From the IMG/VR virus record IMGVR_UViG_3300037418_001222: 64,000 nt of DNA. The stretch is one strand, 5' to 3'. The notes under the pieces were generated by a model. That model made no database searches and was not told the origin of the DNA. It saw nothing but the letters and a program-made list of their open reading frames with translations. Origin of the DNA: a virus (Duplodnaviria; Heunggongvirae; Uroviricota; Caudoviricetes). The position numbers and the translations under genes are program-made. Below are positions 9,445-17,611 of the stretch, piece after piece; positions within the stretch are counted from its first letter, which is position 1, and each line of letters begins with the position of its first letter.

Positions 9445-9753
9445 ATTGAGGAATGCTTCTCGAGAAAAATTTCACGAGAAGGAACACTTCAATGGACCTA
9501 TCGAGAAAATTCTGTGAGAGAGGGAACGCTTCAATGGACCCTCATGGATACCAACCTTTGTAATCGTTTGTATGGGACCCATTTAGGCACATTGCCATCC
9601 CTTCGACGAATATATCAAGGTCGAACAGAATTGTCAACAAGTTTATTCAACATCGAGTTGAATATTTTCCTTTACAAAACTACCCGGACCTATTAGAACG
9701 AGAACATCAAGGGGATTGGTTCTCTTTGACGGTTCTTTGAAAGGATTGGGATT

Positions 9754-10041
9754 ATGGAAACGAAGGAACTCTCGACTCGCGCCAAGTTTCGTCTGGAGAT
9801 GGTGAAACTGGTAGTCGACAAGAACCCGAAGAAACCCGGATCTATGAGTTTCGATCGGTTCGAGAAGTACTTCGAGGTGGACAAGCTGGGCGACTACACC
9901 GTCCAGGATTGTCTCGACGCGGGAGTGCGGATGGACGATATCCAGCACGACCGAGCTCACGGGTTCATCATCGTGGGTGAGTCGGAGATCGAGTTGTACG
10001 AAGCGACTCGGCCTCGGGAGATGGTCGAAGGCGACCTCTAG
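9754..10041 (+). CDS. hypothetical protein, member of a 3-copy paralog family (NPKKPGS...RMDDxxHDxAHGFI)
   Basis: NPKKPGSMSF...GVRMDDIQHDRAHGFIIV; GC-rich coding. Confidence 0.5.
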   Translation: METKELSTRAKFRLEMVKLVVDKNPKKPGSMSFDRFEKYFEVDKLGDYTVQDCLDAGVRMDDIQHDRAHGFIIVGESEIELYEATRPREMVEGDL

Positions 10042-10051
10042 AATACCCAAC

Positions 10052-10086
10052 GAGGGGAGATCGATAAGGTCTCCCCTCTCTTTTTG
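10052..10086 (+). terminator. rho-independent terminator
   Basis: GAGGGGAGA-tcgataagg-TCTCCCCTC followed by tcTTTTT. Confidence 0.7.
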
Positions 10087-10182
10087 TGTGTGTTCTACGG
10101 ACATACGACCGACACTATCACGTATCTGATCAGTAGGGTCGCGACGGATACGAGCAACGCGAAGGCGACCATGAACCACATC

Positions 10183-10731
10183 TCAGTTATCCCGACAGAG
10201 CGGAGTGTCCACCACGGATCGGACGTAGGACTCGTTCCCACGAGGGTTGTACCCGAGGATGAGTCCTACGACGCGCCCTTCGGAGTCCAGGACCGGACCA
10301 CCACTCATCCCCTCCTGAAATTGTGCCGATCCGGTGACGACCCACGAGTTGAGCTCGCCCTTCGAGAACGACGGGTTCGATCGAACCACCTGTCCGGTCG
10401 GAGTGATCGAGATCGTCACGACGGATCCCTCGTGATACCCGATCGCCGTGTAGGTCTGCCCTGGGTCGAGTGGTTTGCAGAGCACCTGGAGTGCCGGCGC
10501 CTCGGAGTCGGACCGGAGCATCGCGAAGTCGACGTCTGGAGCCATGCGATTGGACTTCACCCGGACGTCATGAATATTGCATCGTCCGAATTCCCATACA
10601 TGCTCGTCCGTGGCGTATCCATTCTCGACTCGGAACGCGGTTCCGAACTCTACGTCTCCGGAGTTCCGATCATCGCATCGAATCGGCAGGACCTGGGTCG
10701 AGGCCATCAATGCTAGAGCCGCTACAATCAT
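10183..10731 (-). CDS. secreted trypsin-like (S1/chymotrypsin-fold) serine protease
   Basis: N-terminal signal peptide (IVAALALMAST); GMSGGPV is a GDSGGP-like Ser box; TDEHVWEF (His) and DVDFAML (Asp); ~58% GC. Confidence 0.55.
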   Translation of the reverse strand: MIVAALALMASTQVLPIRCDDRNSGDVEFGTAFRVENGYATDEHVWEFGRCNIHDVRVKSNRMAPDVDFAMLRSDSEAPALQVLCKPLDPGQTYTAIGYHEGSVVTISITPTGQVVRSNPSFSKGELNSWVVTGSAQFQEGMSGGPVLDSEGRVVGLILGYNPRGNESYVRSVVDTPLCRDN

Positions 10732-10757
10732 CTAAAACCTCCTCATCTGATACGCCT

Positions 10758-10785
10758 ATTCTAATGGGTATGGAGGAAATGTCAA
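10758..10785 (-). promoter_or_regulatory. sigma70-type early promoter, conserved cassette (minus: TTGACA-N16-TAGAAT)
   Basis: Minus strand reads TTGACAtttcctccatacccatTAGAATagg; drives the protease gene. Confidence 0.6.
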
Positions 10786-10885
10786 CAACTTTATTTTCGC
10801 CGACGAACGGACACCTGCATGGCGAGGCACAGCCCGGAGATGATCAGTAGCTCGACGACAGTGACTATTCCCATCACGGTGCTCG

Positions 10886-11086
10886 TCATAGTTCGACTCC
10901 TCTCTCCACGATTCCGAACCCGACCGAGTCGTCACCCCAGTCGATGAGAACGACTTCTAAGCCGAGGTTTTTCAGGATACGATCGACTTCCTCCAGCGTT
11001 CCACGAGGATCAGTCTTCCAATCGACCGCGCTCTGGAACTTTGGAGTCCTATCGAGTCCGACTTCTTGGACATTGACCTCTCTCAT
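10886..11086 (-). CDS. hypothetical protein (66 aa)
   Basis: ORF with RBS AGGAGG directly after the cassette promoter. Confidence 0.4.
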   Translation of the reverse strand: MREVNVQEVGLDRTPKFQSAVDWKTDPRGTLEEVDRILKNLGLEVVLIDWGDDSVGFGIVERGVEL

Positions 11087-11106
11087 CGGCCACCTCCTAT
11101 TATCAG

Positions 11107-11136
11107 AATACTAATCTGACGGTGGAGAAATGTCAA
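11107..11136 (-). promoter_or_regulatory. sigma70-type early promoter cassette (TTGACA-N17-TAGTAT)
   Basis: Minus: TTGACAtttctccaccgtcagatTAGTATtctgataataGGAGG. Confidence 0.6.
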
Positions 11137-11151
11137 CGGCTTTATTTTTGT

Positions 11152-11466
11152 TTATGCCGGAGTGAACTCGTCCTCTTCGTCGTTCAGGAAGAACTTCACG
11201 ATCGAGTAGTCATACTCGGAATCGCTCCTCTTATCCTCGGATCGAGTGTCAAAGATGCGACATCCCGAGTCGTATCCTCGTCCTCCAATCTCGACGAGAC
11301 GAATCTCCCAGAGCGCTCGAACCCAACCCTGTCGACCCCATGAGTCGAGGTAGTCGTACACCTCCTCCTTCGCCTCGCTCAGCGTCTCTCGCTGAAAGTC
11401 GTGAGATCGGTGACCACGATAGTTGTCCGGATCGTACACACAATACAGCAGTAGAAATCGTCTCAT
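11152..11466 (-). CDS. hypothetical protein (104 aa)
   Basis: ORF, GC-rich. Confidence 0.45.
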   Translation of the reverse strand: MRRFLLLYCVYDPDNYRGHRSHDFQRETLSEAKEEVYDYLDSWGRQGWVRALWEIRLVEIGGRGYDSGCRIFDTRSEDKRSDSEYDYSIVKFFLNDEEDEFTPA

Positions 11467-11870
11467 GATACCTCTCCTGGTAGCCTACGACCAATCGTTC
11501 CATCGATGAGCTCGACGGACTGGACGTAGGTGTGCTGAAACAACCAACGAAAGAAGTCCTCGGGGTCGTGCCACGCTCCAGGAACCGGATCGAGCATCAC
11601 GACTACTTCGAGCTTCATCGTCGACGCGATCGGTGACACCGGGTAAGCGTTCGGGTTCTTCCTAGCCATAGCAATCGAACCTCCTCTCAGCATCGCCATC
11701 TCGTAGCACCGAAATATGGCGGTAGCCTCTCCATCAATCCCAGCCTCATCGAACTGTCGGAGCGCGTCCGGAACATTCTTCGCGGTGCACATCCACAGAT
11801 CCGAATCGGCTCCATAGACGATTAGATACGTGCTCTCTTCTTCCATGTCTACCTCTCCTATCCAATACAC
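11463..11870 (-). CDS. hypothetical protein (135 aa)
   Basis: ORF; 4-nt ATGA overlap with the downstream gene. Confidence 0.5.
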   Translation of the reverse strand: MYWIGEVDMEEESTYLIVYGADSDLWMCTAKNVPDALRQFDEAGIDGEATAIFRCYEMAMLRGGSIAMARKNPNAYPVSPIASTMKLEVVVMLDPVPGAWHDPEDFFRWLFQHTYVQSVELIDGTIGRRLPGEVS

Positions 11871-11872
11871 CC

Positions 11873-11901
11873 ACTCTAATAGGCGCTGGATGAAATGTCA
11901 A
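11873..11901 (-). promoter_or_regulatory. sigma70-type early promoter cassette (TTGACA-N17-TAGAGT)
   Basis: Minus: cgccTATTGACAtttcatccagcgcctatTAGAGTgggtgtattggataGGAGAGG. Confidence 0.55.
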
Positions 11902-11910
11902 TAGGCGATG

Positions 11911-12258
11911 TTATAACCAAGTAGCGCAACAGCGAGGATCCTCGCTGTACTTGATCCATCGCTTCACGAAACCGTTGCCGAACGTCATCGCTCCTTCCTC
12001 TCCATCGAGGCTCGGGCTCGTCCACCAGAATGCTCCTCGAGGCTCGCAGCGCAGCACATTGATGGCGATGATTTCCGCGGTCTTACCACCGCTGTGCGGA
12101 TTAAAACCAGGATCATAATGCAGTCGTAGCAGCGCCTCGCAGAACGTGTCGACCTCATCCTTGTGGATGATCTCCTTGTTGTAGGAGTTGCTGTTCTGAA
12201 AGAGATACTCGACGATGCAGAAGTCGCTGACAGGGAGCGAAGAATAATCTGGTCTCAT
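11911..12258 (-). CDS. hypothetical protein (115 aa)
   Basis: ORF. Confidence 0.5.
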   Translation of the reverse strand: MRPDYSSLPVSDFCIVEYLFQNSNSYNKEIIHKDEVDTFCEALLRLHYDPGFNPHSGGKTAEIIAINVLRCEPRGAFWWTSPSLDGEEGAMTFGNGFVKRWIKYSEDPRCCATWL

Positions 12259-12385
12259 GTCTACCTCTCCTTAGAAGAGTGGTGGCCGACGGGAACAGGG
12301 AAACGCCAACCACCACTCATCGAAAGAGAGTCGAAGCTCGAAGGAGGGTCGGGGTCGAGACTCCGTAGCCCCGACCCCTTCCCCA

Positions 12386-12691
12386 TTAGCGACCGAGCTC
12401 GAAGGGCTGGGTCAGTTCGATGAAGCCGTGAGCCGCATCGTGACGGACGTCGTCCATCCGATAGCCGGCGGCGAACAGCGCGGCGACGGTGACGGGCTTT
12501 CCCTTCGCGGCCTTGCAGGCCTTGATGAGAGCATCGTACCGCACCGCCGAAGCCGAACCGGGCTTCTTGGGGTTGGTGGAACCCTTTTCCGTCAGGGTGA
12601 CCGTCGACCCTTCGCGCCACTGGGTGCGCTTCGACTTGGTCTCGGCCTCGGCATTCTCGATCACTTCCGCTTCGTTGGTCTTCGGCATTTC
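12386..12691 (-). CDS. hypothetical protein (101 aa), second member of the NPKKPGS paralog family; start trimmed from the ORF-track 13063 because that ORF reads through the promoter
   Basis: RBS aaaAGGAGGtaagtgaaATG (MPKTNEAEV...); ...NPKKPGSASAVRYDAL...GYRMDDVRHDAAHGFIEL. Confidence 0.5.
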   Translation of the reverse strand, partial: EMPKTNEAEVIENAEAETKSKRTQWREGSTVTLTEKGSTNPKKPGSASAVRYDALIKACKAAKGKPVTVAALFAAGYRMDDVRHDAAHGFIELTQPFELGR

Positions 12692-12737
12692 ACTTACCTC
12701 CTTTTCCGCATCGGGGTAATTCCCAATCGGTATGATC

Positions 12738-12765
12738 AGTCTATACAAACCGGAAGAAATGTCAA
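12738..12765 (-). promoter_or_regulatory. sigma70-type early promoter cassette (TTGACA-N16-TAGACT)
   Basis: Minus: gttaTTGACAtttcttccggtttgtaTAGACTgatc. Confidence 0.5.
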
Positions 12766-12865
12766 TAACTTTTTTTTCGATATTGAAGATACTGCTACCG
12801 TCGAAGATTCCCCTTATACACGCGCGGACGTAATTCCTTTTATCTACACGCGAAGGCCTACTAGT

Positions 12866-12988
12866 GTCGTCGTCTCGGCTATCATTTCTATATACGCGAG
12901 ACGACGACAGTACACGCCGAGCGAGCGAGCGAGCGAGCGTACAGCCGTCTCGCGACGAGCGTACTGATGATGGGTCTCGCGACGAGCG
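12866..12988. repeat. non-coding repeat block: 13-bp perfect inverted repeat, (GAGC)5 microsatellite, 15-bp direct repeat x2
   Basis: TGTCGTCGTCTCG (12866-12878) / CGAGACGACGACA (12897-12909); gagcgagcgagcgagcgagcg at 12919-12939; GTCTCGCGACGAGCG at 12947-12961 and 12974-12988. Confidence 0.6.
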
Positions 12989-13122
12989 AGCTGAAAGATT
13001 TTGTTCGATGATGTGTGAGTGAGCGAACAGCGCCGCGAGCGTCTCATTGAGTTGGATGGCCACGTCGAGCGATCATACGTGGGAGCGAGCGAGATGACGG
13101 TTGTTTTCATAACAGGGATTCT

Positions 13123-13282
13123 TAACCATGTGGTTTAATTACAACCTGAAGTTCTTTCTTCAGCTCATCGATTTCTTGTCTCTGTCGTATTATAGTACGA
13201 GCCATCGATACGATATGTCCTGGATGCACGCTCGTTAGTCCGTCTAGAGACTTCGCTATCGTCGCTACAGCATTATCGGTCA
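13123..13282 (-). CDS. hypothetical small protein (52 aa; not in ORF track)
   Basis: Hand-translated MTDNAVATIAKSLDGLTSVHPGHIVSMARTIIRQRQEIDELKKELQVVIKPHG; start overlaps the upstream stop. Confidence 0.25.
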
Positions 13283-13570
13283 TCGATTCTTCTTCCATAC
13301 CGTCTTATCGAACCACGAGCGCATCTGTTTCAACTTACGGAGAGATGGCATTCGATAGAATCTGACAGGATTTCCATATTCGTTATATGGTTCGTGACGG
13401 AAGCCGTATGTTCCTTTGTAGTCGATTTCTTTGATCTCGGAGACGTGATAAGTTCGTTCGTGTTTCCAGACGTCGATTACGACTACGTGAGACTCGTCTA
13501 CACAGCGAACTACGCGTCCCGGTATGAATAGGTCTTCTCCACCGACGTCGACTATCGTGTTTCGCCTCAT
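13280..13570 (-). CDS. hypothetical protein (96 aa)
   Basis: ORF. Confidence 0.45.
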   Translation of the reverse strand: MRRNTIVDVGGEDLFIPGRVVRCVDESHVVVIDVWKHERTYHVSEIKEIDYKGTYGFRHEPYNEYGNPVRFYRMPSLRKLKQMRSWFDKTVWKKNR

Positions 13571-13848
13571 GAGTTACTCGATAGCTTGTTCTCAACGGCA
13601 TCCGCGAGCTCGCCGAACGTGCTCTTGTTGAGTATGTATCTTGGCGGATCGGGGATCATTCGATAGCATCCGTCGAAGCCTCTCCAATCATCCGGACCGA
13701 CGTTTGGATCGTCACTTCGCCCTGTCTCTTTCAGGAACTGAGCCATGGCACATCTCTCGGGAGAGAGGTAGTTGTACTTCTCGTCTCTGGGCTTCGTCTT
13801 CACCCAGTCCAAGAACTCTCGCGCCGTAAAGTCGAGGTTGGCCATCGT
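13567..13848 (-). CDS. hypothetical protein (93 aa; start trimmed to the RBS-preceded ATG)
   Basis: aaAGGAGAaagaacgATG (MANLDFTAREF...). Confidence 0.45.
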   Translation of the reverse strand, partial: TMANLDFTAREFLDWVKTKPRDEKYNYLSPERCAMAQFLKETGRSDDPNVGPDDWRGFDGCYRMIPDPPRYILNKSTFGELADAVENKLSSNS

Positions 13849-13927
13849 TCTTTCTCCTTTTCCTACTCTCCGAACTTCTCTTGGATCGTTAGAGTTCTCG
13901 AGGATTTGATAAGTCTTGCTCGGCATA

Positions 13928-14395
13928 TTAAACCTCATGGTTAAGTGTTCTCGAGTTCCGGTTGTTCGTTTGATTCCTCCGAATCCACTGGTTCGCTTCA
14001 TCTTCGCTGATGAAGCCACGCCAAGTGATTTCGTCGACCCTCACTCGACTCATGAGACCAGAGCGACGACCGCACGCTGGACATGAAGCTGACATCTCGT
14101 AGATGTACCAGCGTTCATCTGTCCCATGAAATACCGTCTGATATTGAACGGCAGGAGCACCAGGTCGGTTAATGACTCTAGGTAGCTCTCGAGCGTTTGA
14201 TTGAAGGATAAATCCAGAAGCCGCCATGATCATACACGACGTCTCTCGATATTTCTTTACGTACTCGATTGGAGCTCGAACCTCGAGACCCCCGTCAAAA
14301 GACGGACCGTCGATAACGACTACCTCTTCTCCTGTCGACCAAACAACCGGTTTATCCCAGTCTACTGGTTCGACGGGATTCTTGAAGTCGATCAT
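13928..14395 (-). CDS. hypothetical protein (155 aa)
   Basis: ORF. Confidence 0.5.
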   Translation of the reverse strand: MIDFKNPVEPVDWDKPVVWSTGEEVVVIDGPSFDGGLEVRAPIEYVKKYRETSCMIMAASGFILQSNARELPRVINRPGAPAVQYQTVFHGTDERWYIYEMSASCPACGRRSGLMSRVRVDEITWRGFISEDEANQWIRRNQTNNRNSRTLNHEV

Positions 14396-14409
14396 CGCTT
14401 AGGTCCTTC

Positions 14410-14754
14410 TTATAGCATCTTCTCGATGTAGTCGGCGATCTCTTCGAACGTCTTTCCTTGGTCGTTCATATCGGCGAGTCTGTTTACAATGGTGGCTCTA
14501 TATGATCCGTCTCGAGCCGGTGGTGGGAGTCCTACTGAAGCGCATAATTCGTCAGGAGGTAATGAGCAATTACCATCACACATACGATAACCATCGTAAA
14601 AATTTTCGTCCCATTTTCCGGCGACATCAACAAGGACACCCAGGCAGCACATCTTATTACTGCCTGCCATAGCGAGGTGTCCATCGAGTTGTGTGTACTC
14701 TCCAGAACGAAGAGCCGATACCCACTTCGCTTTGATCTCCGGGTTCATTGGCAT
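14410..14754 (-). CDS. hypothetical protein (114 aa), paralog of 5945-6325; start trimmed because the ORF-track start lies inside the promoter
   Basis: AGGTGGtctgaaaATG; KWVSALRSGEYTQ...CCLGVL...NDQGKTFEEIADYIE. Confidence 0.5.
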   Translation of the reverse strand: MPMNPEIKAKWVSALRSGEYTQLDGHLAMAGSNKMCCLGVLVDVAGKWDENFYDGYRMCDGNCSLPPDELCASVGLPPPARDGSYRATIVNRLADMNDQGKTFEEIADYIEKML

Positions 14755-14779
14755 TTTCAGACCACCTCCTATTATCAGT

Positions 14780-14809
14780 ATTCTAATCTGATAATGAGAA
14801 AATGTCAAT
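14780..14809 (-). promoter_or_regulatory. sigma70-type early promoter cassette with embedded stem-loop (TTGACA-N17-TAGAAT)
   Basis: Minus: gcctaTTGACAttttctcattatcagatTAGAATactgataataGGAGGTGG; ATTATCAG/CTGATAAT inverted repeat brackets the -10. Confidence 0.65.
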
Positions 14810-14814
14810 AGGCA

Positions 14815-15027
14815 CTATTTCGGTTGATACCAGCCGGCCAGGATCATCGCTCGATCCCATTTCTCTCTATTGTCTTTGCTCAGTGCCGGTAGAAATGGAT
14901 GTTGACCATTTCTCTCGTAAGTAATGGAATCGACATAAGCTTTCGACCTCGGTTTATATCGTTTGCAGATGATATTGTCTCCATCCACTTCGAATTCGAG
15001 ATGAAAGCGAGGTGCTTCGTCTCTCAT
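14815..15027 (-). CDS. hypothetical protein (70 aa)
   Basis: ORF. Confidence 0.4.
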   Translation of the reverse strand: MRDEAPRFHLEFEVDGDNIICKRYKPRSKAYVDSITYERNGQHPFLPALSKDNREKWDRAMILAGWYQPK

Positions 15028-15175
15028 GATAGAGTCTCCAGCGATTTCTTGAGTTTGTTTTTATTTTGACATAGAAGAGGAAAGTTGTGGCGATGACGAG
15101 CTTCTGCTAGAGATCCAATACGAAGTCTCTTACCGCAAAGGCATTTCGTATATTCAGACCAGTGGCGGCGGGCGC

Positions 15176-15478
15176 TCATTTTTCGTCCCTCAGATCTTCA
15201 GTGACTTCGAATGTTCCACCCCTCTGTAAACAGAGTTGAATGAAGCAATCCTTGCACACGCTCATCGAGCCGAGTATTCCATCATCTGACTTTGTTTCAG
15301 TCACAATGAGCTCGGGTTTATTTCTGCACCGCCACATTCTGTCACTTCGGCGCGCACCACCCACTTTCTCGCCCGTCACCGGATTTTCTCCAGCCGGTCC
15401 AAACGCGAATGGCGACCACGTCTTATTGGGACGTAGTGCCTGACACTGAGTACGATCAGGCGGTGTAAGATCTGTCAT
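15176..15478 (-). CDS. hypothetical Cys-rich protein (100 aa)
   Basis: ORF. Confidence 0.45.
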   Translation of the reverse strand: MTDLTPPDRTQCQALRPNKTWSPFAFGPAGENPVTGEKVGGARRSDRMWRCRNKPELIVTETKSDDGILGSMSVCKDCFIQLCLQRGGTFEVTEDLRDEK

Positions 15479-15744
15479 GATATTCCCTCGAATAGAGTAG
15501 CCTCGAGCGCCTCACCGACCGTGATCGCATCTGGTTCGACCCAGTCGCCGTTGGCCTCCTGAACGAGTATCGTCTTTCCGGTGAGACTGAGTCGATCATC
15601 GAGGATCATCATCATTTCAGAAATGTTCGTCCCGACGATAACATCGACTGTAATCCAACAGTCCATAATGAACTGCAAGACACAGACCATAATACCACCA
15701 TCGTCTAGCTTCGTGGCCGTGACCCGATACGTAATATTATTCAT
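15475..15744 (-). CDS. hypothetical protein (89 aa; start trimmed to MNNITYR with GGAGG RBS)
   Basis: cgaggcGGAGGccagcATGaataat; removes the 89-nt overlap with the upstream ORF. Confidence 0.45.
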   Translation of the reverse strand: MNNITYRVTATKLDDGGIMVCVLQFIMDCWITVDVIVGTNISEMMMILDDRLSLTGKTILVQEANGDWVEPDAITVGEALEATLFEGIS

Positions 15745-16135
15745 GCTGGCCTCCGCCTCGATAGCCTCCCGGCATCTCGTCATCCTCATCTGGTTGGAAG
15801 CAGTCGGTATACAGCTTCGCCTCACTTAGGCGATCCTTCACGATTTCGATTCCGATCTTCTCGAGGGCCTCATCGAGTGTCTGGAACTCACCCAAGTCCT
15901 GAGAGTCATATTCGGCAGGATGTTCGTATGTTTGATATGAGATCTGGACGTCTTTGGATACCAACCATCCGGTCTGCTCGTCGAAGCATTTCGATTCCGG
16001 AGGCCACAGTTGATAGTTGTTCGATATCCTATAAGATCCTTCCTCGTCAGAGAACGCGACCTCGCCGAGCCACATATATTCGGCGAAGGTGCCTATGAAG
16101 AGCTTGTCGCGCTCTTTCTGCTTCTCGTCTCTCAT
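15737..16135 (-). CDS. hypothetical acidic protein (132 aa)
   Basis: ORF. Confidence 0.5.
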   Translation of the reverse strand: MRDEKQKERDKLFIGTFAEYMWLGEVAFSDEEGSYRISNNYQLWPPESKCFDEQTGWLVSKDVQISYQTYEHPAEYDSQDLGEFQTLDEALEKIGIEIVKDRLSEAKLYTDCFQPDEDDEMPGGYRGGGQHE

Positions 16136-16437
16136 CGGATGCTCGTCCTCTTTATGATATCGAGGACGACCGCTGCGAATCGTTCTTTTGGATTGTCGAG
16201 ATCGTCTCTGAGATAAAAGTCGTCTATCGCGAGTTGGAAGAAGCTTCCGATGCCGAATCCACTTTCAGTGATTCGACCACAGATAAAACCATAGGCCTCA
16301 CCATCTTTTGATGTTGTCCATACATCAGCGGAAATGGGATAGTTGTCACGATTCCTTGTCTCGTCAAGAACGAAGCCATTCTTTTCGAGAGCACTCTTCG
16401 CCGTATCGTAGGCGATATCACTAATCGTATATCTCAT
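16132..16437 (-). CDS. hypothetical protein (101 aa)
   Basis: ORF directly after the cassette promoter. Confidence 0.5.
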   Translation of the reverse strand: MRYTISDIAYDTAKSALEKNGFVLDETRNRDNYPISADVWTTSKDGEAYGFICGRITESGFGIGSFFQLAIDDFYLRDDLDNPKERFAAVVLDIIKRTSIR

Positions 16438-16459
16438 TTACCACCTCCTATTATCAGAT

Positions 16460-16489
16460 ATTCTAATCCGACTAAGAGAAAATGTCAAT
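16460..16489 (-). promoter_or_regulatory. sigma70-type early promoter cassette (TTGACA-N17-TAGAAT)
   Basis: Minus: cgcctaTTGACAttttctcttagtcggatTAGAATatctgataataGGAGGTGG. Confidence 0.65.
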
Positions 16490-16495
16490 AGGCGA

Positions 16496-16780
16496 TTACA
16501 TGAACCGCGATAGAGCGAATCCAATCGCCCAGATCACCGCGATTTTAAAGATTGGAGCAAGGACACCAACCACATCCTCGTTAGAGTCTTTATTTGGAAC
16601 ATCTTGATGCGTTAAAAAACTCATGATGAGTGCCATTCCGATGCCCTGAACGACATGAATTGGACTTACATGGAGAGGAACTACAAACCAGTTCCATAGA
16701 GATGTTAGAACGAGCCCTCGAAATAGTGCGATCAACACACCATAAGCGATGATAGCAAGCATCACTAATACGAACGGCAT
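16496..16780 (-). CDS. membrane protein (94 aa, 3 TM)
   Basis: Hydrophobic ORF. Confidence 0.5.
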   Translation of the reverse strand: MPFVLVMLAIIAYGVLIALFRGLVLTSLWNWFVVPLHVSPIHVVQGIGMALIMSFLTHQDVPNKDSNEDVVGVLAPIFKIAVIWAIGFALSRFM

Positions 16781-16781
16781 T

Positions 16782-17321
16782 TTACCCTCCTACTTCTTCC
16801 TTCGTTGTAAGAAACTTCTGATACTCGGCCATTTTCTCTTTCATTTGGCTTTTGTTAAGCTTGTTGCTGCTGAAATAGTTGAGGAAGATTGGAGTACCGC
16901 CGGCGAGGATATACCTAATTCTGGCAGCCGCTCCCTGTGGAGTGTTATCACACTCTGACCAGTCACTAGAGAATAAGAAATGCCAACATTCAGGCTGATA
17001 TTCATAATTGGTAGGATGACAGCCGAATACTCTCGCTGAGTAGTCATTCCAATCGATTTCAGAGTAAGAATCGAATAGTTCGGAACGACGTAGTTTAATT
17101 CCTGCTGCCGGCCCATGCCCCACCGCGCATGCCACGGTTCCACAATTTTGTATGTATTCTTGTGTGTGCCCCTCTTGAAGAATTTCTTCGGGATCTTCAC
17201 CACAATCTCCATCATGGCCAAGGTACGTAGCCATGTCGAAGTGGGTGTAATCGGGTGGAAGCGAGTCGAGATAATTCGCTAGCGTCTCAAGATTTCTTTT
17301 CTGAGCTTTCGTCAGTTTCAT
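16782..17321 (-). CDS. hypothetical protein (179 aa)
   Basis: ORF. Confidence 0.5.
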   Translation of the reverse strand: MKLTKAQKRNLETLANYLDSLPPDYTHFDMATYLGHDGDCGEDPEEILQEGHTQEYIQNCGTVACAVGHGPAAGIKLRRSELFDSYSEIDWNDYSARVFGCHPTNYEYQPECWHFLFSSDWSECDNTPQGAAARIRYILAGGTPIFLNYFSSNKLNKSQMKEKMAEYQKFLTTKEEVGG

Positions 17322-17332
17322 AATTGTTCTCC

Positions 17333-17542
17333 TTAGAACACTCCCTGATTGAGAGTTAGTCCAACGTACCGATCACCCTCGATCTGACCATCGAGATAAT
17401 GACGACCACACTTACAACTGATCCAAAGACATCCTTCCTCGTCCTCCTGGACCTCCCTACGAGCATCCTTACCGATGCAAGTAAATCCATCATCAGTGTA
17501 CAAGATCGTTCCTTTAGAGACTTTGGAAACGAGAACGCTCAT
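17333..17542 (-). CDS. hypothetical Cys-rich protein (69 aa; start trimmed to MSVLVSK)
   Basis: GGAGGgttttattATG after the promoter. Confidence 0.45.
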   Translation of the reverse strand: MSVLVSKVSKGTILYTDDGFTCIGKDARREVQEDEEGCLWISCKCGRHYLDGQIEGDRYVGLTLNQGVF

Positions 17543-17567
17543 AATAAAACCCTCCAAATTCCCCTTT

Positions 17568-17596
17568 ATCTTATAAGGAGAAAGAGAAAATGTCAA
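17568..17596 (-). promoter_or_regulatory. sigma70-type early promoter cassette (TTGACA-N17-TAAGAT)
   Basis: Minus: cgattaTTGACAttttctctttctccttaTAAGATaaagg. Confidence 0.55.
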
Positions 17597-17611
17597 TAAT
17601 CGAATTCATGT

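Noticed and set aside
12919-12939. (GAGC)n run as a CRISPR or minisatellite gene
   Set aside because: It is a single short microsatellite with no repeat-spacer architecture, reported only as part of the non-coding repeat tract.
12386-13063. 225-aa ORF-track gene 12386-13063 and 88-aa ORF 12844-13110
   Set aside because: The long ORF reads through promoter 12738-12765 and the repeat tract. A proper RBS+ATG at 12691 gives a 101-aa paralog-family protein. Upstream translation is low-complexity Arg/Ser and is treated as non-coding.
14410-14808. ORF-track starts placed inside promoter cassettes (e.g. 14410-14808, 17333-17596, 23099-23503, 25194-25535)
   Set aside because: The annotated Met codons fall within the -35/-10 elements. 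Downstream in-frame ATGs with AGGAGG-type RBS were used instead.
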